From the NCBI RefSeq assembly GCF_000283555.1, contig NC_016012.1, forward strand, positions 1,483,557 to 1,515,556: 32,000 nucleotides of DNA. The letters are read 5' to 3'. A model generated the notes under the pieces. It saw only the letters and a program-made list of their open reading frames with translations. It had not been told where the DNA came from and did not search any database. Source of the DNA: Candidatus Arthromitus sp. SFB-rat-Yit. GTDB taxonomy: Bacteria > Bacillota > Clostridia > Clostridiales > Clostridiaceae. Position numbers and translations under genes: made by a program. This document shows positions 9,884-17,267 of the stretch, piece by piece. Every line of letters starts with the position of its first letter. Position 1 is the first letter of the stretch.

Positions 9884-9964
9884 TACAAACTCCATATAAA
9901 AATTAATAAATATTAAACTTAAAGTTTAAAATAGTAAACTAATTATAATTTAACATTATTTTAT

Positions 9965-9994
9965 TTGTCAATTATACTAATTACCTTCTATAAT
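9965..9994 (+). promoter_or_regulatory. Candidate sigma-A type promoter for dnaB
   Basis: TTGTCA (9965-9970), 18-nt spacer, TATAAT (9989-9994), 37 nt upstream of the ATG. Confidence 0.3.
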
Positions 9995-10030
9995 ATAATA
10001 ATAAAATATTTTATGTAAGGAACTAATTTT

Positions 10031-11350
10031 ATGGATAATAAAATTTCACCGAATAATATAGAATCAGAACAAACCATATTAGGTGCTATGATAATATATA
10101 AAAATACTATTCATGAAATAATAGATACTATAAATGTGGATGATTTCTATAAAGATGCACACAAAAATATCTTCAAAACTATAAAAAATATGTTTTTAAA
10201 AGATATACAAGTAGATTTAATTTCTCTTATAGAATATTTAAAAAAAGATTCTCTCTTAGAAGAATCTGGAGGATCTTTATACATAACCGATATATCAAAT
10301 TCAATAGCAACAATTGCTAATTTGCAAACACATATTAAAATAGTTAAAGATAATTCTATTTTAAGGAAACTTATTAAAATATCTAATGAAACACTTGATC
10401 GTATATATAAAAAAGATGATCCTAACTTATTAATTGAAAATATACAGAGAAGTGTATTTGATTTATCAATATCTGAAACTAAATCTGATATTGAACCCCT
10501 AAATAATATACTAGATAGAACAATTAAACATATTGAAAACCTATATATTAATAATCTATCCTTTGTTGGATTATCTTCTGGATTTTACGATTTAGATTTA
10601 AAACTATCTGGATTACAAAAATCTCAAATGATATTAATAGCTGCAAGACCATCTATGGGAAAAACTACTTTTGCATTAAATATTGCTGAAAATGTAGCAA
10701 TTAAAGAAAACAAAACTGTACTAATATTTTCTCTTGAAATGAGTAAAGAACAACTAACTAATAAATTAATATCATCAATAACAAAAATTAATATACAAAA
10801 ACTTCAAACTGGAAATTTAGATGACTCTGATTTAGATCAATTAGTAAAAGGTACCGAAATTATATCTAGAGCCAAAATATATATAGACGATACTCCTAAC
10901 ATATCAATTACAGAAATGAGATCTAAATGCCGAAAATTAAAATTCTCAACAAATATAGATTTAATAATCATAGATTATCTACAACTTATGAGTGGAAATT
11001 CAAGAAATGAAAGTAGACAACAAGAAGTTTCAGAAATTTCTCGTTTCATAAAAGCTTTGTCCAAAGAAATTAATTGTCCTATAATCGCATTATCTCAATT
11101 ATCACGTGCTCCAGAACAAAGATCAGATCATAGACCAATGTTATCTGATTTGCGTGAATCAGGATCTATAGAACAAGATTCTGATATAGTAATGCTTCTA
11201 TATAGGGATGAGTACTATAATAAGGACACAGAATATAAAAATATTGCTGAATGTATAATTGCAAAACATAGAAATGGAGAAGTTGGAACTATAAAACTCG
11301 CCTGGATAGGTCAATATTCAAAATTCGAGAATCTAGATAATAACCATTAA
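10031..11350 (+). CDS. dnaB: Replicative DNA helicase (DnaB family; DnaC in B. subtilis nomenclature)
   Basis: N-terminal SEQTILGAMI motif, Walker A ARPSMGKTT, LIIIDYLQLM, LSQLSRAPEQR, SDLRESGSIEQDSD. 439 aa, no intein. Confidence 0.95.
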   Translation: MDNKISPNNIESEQTILGAMIIYKNTIHEIIDTINVDDFYKDAHKNIFKTIKNMFLKDIQVDLISLIEYLKKDSLLEESGGSLYITDISNSIATIANLQTHIKIVKDNSILRKLIKISNETLDRIYKKDDPNLLIENIQRSVFDLSISETKSDIEPLNNILDRTIKHIENLYINNLSFVGLSSGFYDLDLKLSGLQKSQMILIAARPSMGKTTFALNIAENVAIKENKTVLIFSLEMSKEQLTNKLISSITKINIQKLQTGNLDDSDLDQLVKGTEIISRAKIYIDDTPNISITEMRSKCRKLKFSTNIDLIIIDYLQLMSGNSRNESRQQEVSEISRFIKALSKEINCPIIALSQLSRAPEQRSDHRPMLSDLRESGSIEQDSDIVMLLYRDEYYNKDTEYKNIAECIIAKHRNGEVGTIKLAWIGQYSKFENLDNNH

Positions 11351-11378
11351 AGGAGTATTCAAAATTGAATACTCCTTT
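11349..11378. terminator. Hairpin between convergent dnaB and the rlmH-like gene (probable bidirectional terminator)
   Basis: aaaggagtattcaa / ttgaatactccttt, a perfect 14-bp inverted repeat with a minimal loop. The U-tract is weak in both directions. Confidence 0.5.
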
Positions 11379-11403
11379 AATAATCTTAAATTCATATATT
11401 TAA

Positions 11404-11796
11404 TCATTTATGATATGGCTCATTATTAATTATTTTATATGCTCTATATATCTGCTCCAATAAAATCAAAACTAGTAAATCTTTACTCAAATTAAAACAT
11501 ACAAAACAGATATTATGATATAATTTATTAAATTTAACAAAAAAAATATTAATGTTTTTTACTCTATTTATAGATTTATATTTTATAATATCACTAAATT
11601 CAATAGAATTCATATATTCGCCATCTACTGTTGTTACATTAATATTATAATCATCACGACCAATCAATTTATTATCCAAAGAATAATAAACATTAATCTT
11701 AACAAACTTAGTAATCCTTTTATAATAGTCCATTATAGCTTGAATTAAATTTGAATTCTTTAAGTCTCTCTTGTCTAAAAATAAATTTATCTTCAC
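11404..11796 (-). CDS. RlmH-like SPOUT paralog B: canonical C-terminal tail retained, cofactor loop degenerate
   Basis: 130 aa with a GTG start overlapping the upstream stop (GTGA). N-terminus MKINLF...QAIMDYYKRITKFVKI and C-terminus LLEQIYRAYKIINNEPYHK match RlmH. The positions of the GGxxG loop (IFFVKFNKL) and of the TFPHQ motif (LSKDLLV) are not conserved. Confidence 0.7.
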   Translation of the reverse strand: MKINLFLDKRDLKNSNLIQAIMDYYKRITKFVKINVYYSLDNKLIGRDDYNINVTTVDGEYMNSIEFSDIIKYKSINRVKNINIFFVKFNKLYHNICFVCFNLSKDLLVLILLEQIYRAYKIINNEPYHK

Positions 11797-12182
11797 TTTA
11801 AAAACATCTTTTCTACAAACTGTAATGCAATCAACTTAAATATCTGATGTGGATATGTAAAATCACTTAATTTAATAACATAATTACATTTATTCCTTAC
11901 TTCATCACATACTCCTTCACTTCCACCAATTATAAAATAAACATGCTTGTTAATATTTTTAATCTTATTAATTTCATTCAAATTCTTTGTACCATTTAAA
12001 TCAAATAATACATACAAGCTATTTTTATTCTTATTTATCATATTTAATATACTATTACTTTCTAATCTTTTATTACTCTCCTTTATATTTATAAAATTGA
12101 TCTTACCCTTGTAATTATTCTCAATTTTCTTGAAATAATCTTTTAGTATACCTACAGAAATTAAACTTACTTCCCGCAACAT
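11793..12182 (-). CDS. rlmH: RlmH-like SPOUT methyltransferase paralog A: SAM-binding knot retained, C-terminal tail missing
   Basis: 129 aa. SLISVGILKDYF, VYFIIGGSEGVCDEV and KLSDFTYPHQIFKLIALQ align with 23S rRNA m3-pseudouridine1915 methyltransferase. It ends FVEKMFLK instead of ...IYRAF.I..GEPYHK. Confidence 0.75.
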   Translation of the reverse strand: MLREVSLISVGILKDYFKKIENNYKGKINFINIKESNKRLESNSILNMINKNKNSLYVLFDLNGTKNLNEINKIKNINKHVYFIIGGSEGVCDEVRNKCNYVIKLSDFTYPHQIFKLIALQFVEKMFLK

Positions 12183-12664
12183 TTCTTATACTTCTTACCA
12201 CTACCACATGTACATAATTCATTCCTTCCAATTTTTACACTATTTACTACAACCTTAGATGATCTCCATTTGGATGTTATTTCTCTAATCTTTTCTTCAG
12301 TTAAAATCTCACTCCACTCATTTAAATTAAATAAATAATCTGCCTTAGCATCTAACATATTAAAATACAACTCTTCTACATTAATATCAAAATCTATTTT
12401 ATCTTCTAATGTAATATTTTCTATATCTATATTTGTATTTAAACTCTCACTTATACCATCAACAAATCCTACTATAAATTCCTCACTTATATCGTATTTT
12501 TTAGATAATTCACTAATACTAGATGTAAATTTAAAATTCTTATTACCAAGTATATCCTTATAAATTTTTAATTCAACATTCTTATACTCATTCCAAAATA
12601 CTGCTTCCCCTTTTGTCTTAACAAATTCCGTAACCATATTAGTCCATTTATTATATAAATTCAT
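12167..12664 (-). CDS. SEC-C metal-binding motif protein
   Basis: C-terminal CTCGSGKKYKKCCGK is the SecA-type zinc-binding motif. AAGAGGTG 5 nt upstream of the ATG. The 3' end overlaps the rlmH-like start by 16 nt. Confidence 0.7.
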   Translation of the reverse strand: MNLYNKWTNMVTEFVKTKGEAVFWNEYKNVELKIYKDILGNKNFKFTSSISELSKKYDISEEFIVGFVDGISESLNTNIDIENITLEDKIDFDINVEELYFNMLDAKADYLFNLNEWSEILTEEKIREITSKWRSSKVVVNSVKIGRNELCTCGSGKKYKKCCGK

Positions 12665-12687
12665 AAAAACACCTCTTTAAAATATAA

Positions 12688-12846
12688 TTAATCTATTACC
12701 ATATATTTTGCATACTTATTGCAATAATTACAATAGTTATTATCCTTATTAAATTCAATATTTGGAATCAATCCATATTTATTAATAAAATCATCAATAA
12801 CATAATCTATATGTTCTTCACATGAACAAAACATATTATTTATCAT
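12688..12846 (-). CDS. Small CxxH/CxxC protein (Firmicute family found near yycJ-like genes); not in the supplied ORF track
   Basis: Manual translation gives MINNMFCSCEEHIDYVIDDFINKYGLIPNIEFNKDNNYCNYCNKYAKYMVID with a TAA stop (complement of 12688-12690). It has CEEH near the N-terminus and CNYC near the C-terminus, and fills the gap between the MBL and SEC-C genes. The start may instead be the second Met (12834). Confidence 0.6.
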   Translation of the reverse strand: MINNMFCSCEEHIDYVIDDFINKYGLIPNIEFNKDNNYCNYCNKYAKYMVID

Positions 12847-12851
12847 TTCAT

Positions 12852-13631
12852 TTAAAACCTCATATAATTACTAGGTAAACTTCTATGTGCAACTGTTAAC
12901 TTTAAATCTTTTCCAATTTTCATTCCATGATTTATAAGGATTCTTTCTGAAGTTTTATAGGCTAATTCTGGAAAATTACTTGTAATACTTAAATGACCTA
13001 AAATAATTCTTTTATAAGATATCCTTACAAGCTTAACTATTGTTAAAGCACATTCCTCATTTGATAAATGCCCATTATTACTAAGTATTCTTTCTTTTAA
13101 AAAATGTGGGTAATTACTTAATCTGAGCATTTCCTCATTATAATTACTCTCAAGTAATACAACATCTGAATCCCTTATATTATTAAAAATATCATTTGAA
13201 ATATGTCCAATATCAGTAACTACACTCAGCTTCTTTTTTTTATATAAAACACTATATCCAATTGGATCTACCGCATCATGTGGTAATTTAAAAGCTTTAA
13301 TATCTAAATCTCCAATCGAAAATTCCATTTTATCTATTATGTTTACATTATTAACACCTTTTAACTTATCTTGAATGCTCCTAAATGTTCGTTCATTTAA
13401 ATATATCGGAATATCTAATCCTTTACATATTACGCTAGCTCCCTTGTAATGATCTATGTGTTCATGAGTTATTAGTACACCACTTATCATATTTGGAGTT
13501 ATATTTATTGAATTGATGGCATTTATTAATGTTTTTTTAGATACTCCTACATCTATTAAAATATTTGTTCTATCACTACCAACTAAAAAACAATTACCAG
13601 AACTACCACTACTTATAGAACAAAATTTCAT
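12852..13631 (-). CDS. MBL-fold metallo-hydrolase (YycJ/WalJ-like)
   Basis: HEHIDH metal motif, later LPHDAVDP and GHLS motifs, 259 aa. The context upstream of rlmH matches Bacillus yycJ...rlmH. Confidence 0.85.
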   Translation of the reverse strand: MKFCSISSGSSGNCFLVGSDRTNILIDVGVSKKTLINAINSINITPNMISGVLITHEHIDHYKGASVICKGLDIPIYLNERTFRSIQDKLKGVNNVNIIDKMEFSIGDLDIKAFKLPHDAVDPIGYSVLYKKKKLSVVTDIGHISNDIFNNIRDSDVVLLESNYNEEMLRLSNYPHFLKERILSNNGHLSNEECALTIVKLVRISYKRIILGHLSITSNFPELAYKTSERILINHGMKIGKDLKLTVAHRSLPSNYMRF

Positions 13632-13647
13632 TTTCCCCCCAAATAAA

Positions 13648-14934
13648 CTATATTATATTCTTAAACTCTTTTATATCATCTTTATATTCTCTATATATAT
13701 TAGCACCTAATTTTCTAAATTTTTCCTCTATATTGGGATACCCTCTATCTATATGCTTTATTGAAGTTATCTCTGTGGTCCCTTTAGCAACTAATCCTGC
13801 TATAATCATAGCAGCACCGGCTCTTAAATCTGTAGCTTTAAGTTTACATCCTGTAAGCTTATCTACTCCGTTTATAATAGCAGCTCTTCCTTCAATCTTA
13901 ACATTTACTCCCATTTTTTTTAGTTCATCAAAATACTTAAATCTATTTTCAAATATACTTTCACTTATAATACTTGTTCCTTCAGAAATACTCATAAGAA
14001 CACCTATTATTTGCTGTACATCAGTGGGAAATCCTGGATACGGTGCAGTTTTAATATTTACACCTTTTAAACGTTCCGTACTTTTTACTAAAATACTATC
14101 ATCATATTCAAAAATAGTTACACCCATTTCTATTAGTTTTGCTGTTATAGACTCTAAATGCTTTGGTATTACATTTTTAATTAATACCTCTCCCGTACAA
14201 GCTGCCGTTGCCATCATATATGTAGATGCTTCTATTTGATCTGGTATTATCGAGTAATTACACCCTAAAAGTCTTTTGACTCCAGTTATTTTTATAATAT
14301 CTGTTCCTGCACCTTTTATATTAGCACCCATCAAATTAAGAAAATTTGCTACGTCTACAACATGTGGTTCCTTTGCAACATTTTCAAGCACAGTAACTCC
14401 ATCAGCAAAGCATGCCGCTAACATTACATTTATAGTTGCCCCCACACTTACTACATCAAAAAATATATTGTTGCCAACTAATTTATCCGTTTCAGCAATT
14501 ACTGAACCATGTTCAATTCTAATATTAACACCAAGTTTTTCCAAACCTTTTATATGCTGATCTATAGGTCGATCACCTATACTACATCCTCCTGGAAGAT
14601 CCACAATTGTCTTTTTAAATCTTGCTAACAATGCTCCTATCAAATAATAAGAAGCTCTCATATTATGTACATCATCACTATCAGCTCGATAATTTTTCAA
14701 ATTTGAATTATCTATTATTAAGGTATTATTTACCTTTCTTACACTAGATCCTAATGTTTTTAAAATTCTCACTAGTTTATTAACATCCTCTATATCGGGT
14801 ATATTATCTATTATACATATACCCTCACTGCACATAACTGTAGCTGGTATAACAGCAACAGCTGCATTTTTCGCACCACTAATTTCTATACTTCCATAAA
14901 GTGGATTAGATCCATTTATTATAATCTTTTCCAT
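13648..14934 (-). CDS. murA: UDP-N-acetylglucosamine 1-carboxyvinyltransferase
   Basis: [32 protein letters not shown]-terminus, active-site loop [15 protein letters not shown] with Cys, 428 aa. GGGAG 5 nt upstream. Confidence 0.95.
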   Translation of the reverse strand: MEKIIINGSNPLYGSIEISGAKNAAVAVIPATVMCSEGICIIDNIPDIEDVNKLVRILKTLGSSVRKVNNTLIIDNSNLKNYRADSDDVHNMRASYYLIGALLARFKKTIVDLPGGCSIGDRPIDQHIKGLEKLGVNIRIEHGSVIAETDKLVGNNIFFDVVSVGATINVMLAACFADGVTVLENVAKEPHVVDVANFLNLMGANIKGAGTDIIKITGVKRLLGCNYSIIPDQIEASTYMMATAACTGEVLIKNVIPKHLESITAKLIEMGVTIFEYDDSILVKSTERLKGVNIKTAPYPGFPTDVQQIIGVLMSISEGTSIISESIFENRFKYFDELKKMGVNVKIEGRAAIINGVDKLTGCKLKATDLRAGAAMIIAGLVAKGTTEITSIKHIDRGYPNIEEKFRKLGANIYREYKDDIKEFKNII

Positions 14935-15023
14935 CCATTCTCCCTACTTTAAATTGAGTTTAAATATAATAAAAATATCTAATTAACAATCCTTATTAAA
15001 CTTTTTTAAAGTCGCTCTTAAAT

Positions 15024-15053
15024 ATTCTAACTTTTATCGGTGTTTTTTGTCAA
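15024..15053 (-). promoter_or_regulatory. Candidate sigma-A promoter for murA
   Basis: On the minus strand: TTGACA (complement of 15048-15053), 18-nt spacer, TAGAAT (complement of 15024-15029). This implies a 5' UTR of about 80 nt. Confidence 0.4.
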
Positions 15054-15138
15054 TATTCTTAACAATAAACATAGTATTTTCTAAATTTTAGTTAATATTA
15101 TTCCTTAATTTAAATAATTTTATTCACGCCTAACATTC

Positions 15139-15193
15139 AAAAAATAAAAAGCACTCTATATACCTTAAAATAATTTTGGTATATGAGTGCTTT
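15139..15193 (-). terminator. Rho-independent terminator of the DUF1540 mini-gene
   Basis: gcactctatatacc / ggtatatgagtgc (13 bp with one bulge), followed on the minus strand by TTTTTATTTTTT. Confidence 0.65.
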
Positions 15194-15197
15194 GCAA

Positions 15198-15356
15198 TTA
15201 TTTCATAGACTGAAAACTTGCACAATCTGTTGACTCTACATTTTTTGCTATAGCTTCATGTTTAGTTATCTTTATTTGCTCTAAAGTGCAATACTGATTT
15301 TTATCATTAAATTTGCATTCTACTACGTTACATAATATATTATTATTTTTCAACAT
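15198..15356 (-). CDS. DUF1540-type small cysteine-rich protein; not in the supplied ORF track
   Basis: Manual translation gives MLKNNNILCNVVECKFNDKNQYCTLEQIKITKHEAIAKNVESTDCASFQSMK. The C-x4-C-x8-C ... C-x-x-F spacing is typical of DUF1540. AGAGGTAAAG sits directly upstream of the ATG, and a terminator lies downstream. Confidence 0.6.
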   Translation of the reverse strand: MLKNNNILCNVVECKFNDKNQYCTLEQIKITKHEAIAKNVESTDCASFQSMK

Positions 15357-15487
15357 CTTTACCTCTACCTTTAAACAAAATCACTATTTTATTATTAATT
15401 TCTTATTATTTTTTTATTCTATATTGTGTTATAATCCTATTATTACATTTAGAGGGGGATTTTAGGTTAATATACCTGCTATTAATT

Positions 15488-15988
15488 ATGAAATACATTA
15501 TTAAATGTGGTTTTACAGATAATTCTATAAAGGATTTAAAATATTTCAAAAATCAATTTCATCAAAAGTATAATTGTGTGAAAAATAAAAATTCATTATA
15601 TACACCCTTACTTAGTTTTAATTGTAATGATTGTATTAAATTTGATCCTCAATTAATAAAAAAAATTCAAAACTTACAAACTTTTAGAATTAATATATCT
15701 AATATCAAATTACAAAATAAAGTAGTTTATCTGTTAATAGAACCTCTGGGTTTTATATCATCAATACAACGATTATTCGAAGAATACTTTTTAATAAATA
15801 GTATCAAATATAATAAAATAAATAAATGGGATCATTTATACATAAAATATATAAATATTGATAAACTTAATGTAAATATAGCTGATTTATTTTTTCCGCC
15901 ATATATAAAAGTATCATCAATAAATATATTTAAATATAACAACAAAAAATCAACTCTACTAGACTCTATAAGTTTAAAAAATATATAA
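15488..15988 (+). CDS. Hypothetical 166-aa protein; layout reminiscent of a two-lobed 2H (LigT/YjcG-like) phosphoesterase fold with degenerate HxT/S motifs
   Basis: Long ORF in stop-rich AT DNA. An extended -10 (TGTTATAAT, 15427-15435) lies upstream. The positions expected for H-x-T/S-x read LYTP and HLYI. The only strong SD (AGAGGGGGA, 15451-15459) is 28 nt from the ATG, so the true start is uncertain. Confidence 0.5.
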   Translation: MKYIIKCGFTDNSIKDLKYFKNQFHQKYNCVKNKNSLYTPLLSFNCNDCIKFDPQLIKKIQNLQTFRINISNIKLQNKVVYLLIEPLGFISSIQRLFEEYFLINSIKYNKINKWDHLYIKYINIDKLNVNIADLFFPPYIKVSSINIFKYNNKKSTLLDSISLKNI

Positions 15989-16055
15989 AAGAATCACCTT
16001 AATTAATTAATATAATAAACTAAAAATTATATAATTAATTTTAAGGTGATTCTTT
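15988..16055 (+). promoter_or_regulatory. Long imperfect hairpin sequestering the ribosome-binding site of the S8 peptidase gene
   Basis: aaagaatcacctta (15988-16001) pairs perfectly with taaggtgattcttt (16042-16055). The AT-rich extension attaattaatata / tatataattaatttt continues the stem with two bulges. The 3' arm contains the SD AAGGTGA and ends 1 nt before the ATG at 16057. The 5' arm starts at the last base of the upstream TAA. Confidence 0.55.
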
Positions 16056-16056
16056 C

Positions 16057-17250
16057 ATGATTAATAATATTAAAAAAAGGCTTCATCCAAATCTTCTATA
16101 CGCATTTAACCTAAATAAACTTACTTCATATAGAATAATATTAGAATTGAAACATAACTCATCATCTCTAATAAAAAAAATTCAAAATAATCAAGGATGT
16201 ATTTTTACACATCATATACCAGACCTAAATTTAGTGTGTTGTACAGTACCACATAAATTCTTATATACCCTTGTAAACTCTCCTCAAGTTAAATATATTT
16301 CATTTGATTCTGAAGTTTTTTTATGTGGAAATAAACTATTTCCAGAAACTGAAAAATCAAGTTATAAAACATCAGCAAACAATAATACATTAACTGGTAA
16401 AAATATAACTATAGCCATGATAGATTCAGGAATTTATCCATTAGACACTTTTACAAAATCTAAAAATAGAATACTGTTCTTCAAAGATATTGTAAATGAC
16501 TTCTCGTATCCTTATGATGATAACGGTCACGGCACAGCTATGTGTAATATAATAGGTGGAAACTTCACGTATAAAAACAAAATACTTAAAAATTCTTCAG
16601 AGTGCAATTTTTGTATGATAAAAGCTTTTGATAAATACAATAAGTCCTATTGCTCATTAATTTTTAAGGCTATTGATTTAATACTTGAAATTTCCTCAAA
16701 ATACAATATTCAAATATTGTATCTTCCATTTGAGCTTTATGAATTTAATAATTTTTTATTAAATATATTTCAAGCCTTGATAAACAAAATATCTAAATCC
16801 AATATTATTGTATTACTTCCTATAGGAAATAACTCAACCAATTATTCTTCATTAAAAGGATTATCTTTACTTAATAATTGTATTGTTGTTGGGGGTAATA
16901 ATTTTAAAGACTCATCAAAAGGTATTTATATAAATACTTTCATAAAACCTAATGTGATATCAATTTACGAAAATATAAAAGTACAAAATATAGATGTTAA
17001 ATACATCCCTGAAAAAAACAATCAGTATATATATCCAACTAAACTTAAAAATTCATCGATAGAATACTTTGGAAGTTCCTGTTCTTGTGCTTATGTATCT
17101 TCTTTAATAGCATTACTTAAGCAAAAAAACATATCGATAAATACAATAGACATCATTTCTTTATTTAAAATAAGCTGTAATAAAATAAATAATTTAGATA
17201 ATTCAGTACAGGGACTAGGTATAATCGATATAACCAAATTATTAGAATGA
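16057..17250 (+). CDS. S8 (subtilisin-like) serine peptidase with N-terminal propeptide-like region and no signal peptide
   Basis: Catalytic triad contexts AMIDSGI (Asp), DDNGHGTAMC (His), GSSCSCAYVSS (Ser), and oxyanion LPIGNNS. The N-terminal 100 aa or so are non-hydrophobic and resemble an I9/Csp-type prodomain. Confidence 0.8.
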   Translation: MINNIKKRLHPNLLYAFNLNKLTSYRIILELKHNSSSLIKKIQNNQGCIFTHHIPDLNLVCCTVPHKFLYTLVNSPQVKYISFDSEVFLCGNKLFPETEKSSYKTSANNNTLTGKNITIAMIDSGIYPLDTFTKSKNRILFFKDIVNDFSYPYDDNGHGTAMCNIIGGNFTYKNKILKNSSECNFCMIKAFDKYNKSYCSLIFKAIDLILEISSKYNIQILYLPFELYEFNNFLLNIFQALINKISKSNIIVLLPIGNNSTNYSSLKGLSLLNNCIVVGGNNFKDSSKGIYINTFIKPNVISIYENIKVQNIDVKYIPEKNNQYIYPTKLKNSSIEYFGSSCSCAYVSSLIALLKQKNISINTIDIISLFKISCNKINNLDNSVQGLGIIDITKLLE

Positions 17251-17267
17251 TTTCACATCTCTATTGG

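Noticed and set aside
11404-12182. Reading the two short RlmH-like ORFs as one frameshifted rlmH pseudogene
   Set aside because: Each ORF independently aligns from the RlmH N-terminus (MKI.../SLISVGILK) through the knot region. Together they therefore represent two copies of about 130 aa each, not the two halves of one gene of about 155 aa. The GTGA overlap is typical of coupled genes.
13733-14560. 168-aa and 94-aa plus-strand ORFs inside murA
   Set aside because: They are antisense shadow frames of a highly conserved gene. Their composition (Ile/Ser/Pro/Thr-rich) is typical of reverse-complement reading, and no start signals are present.
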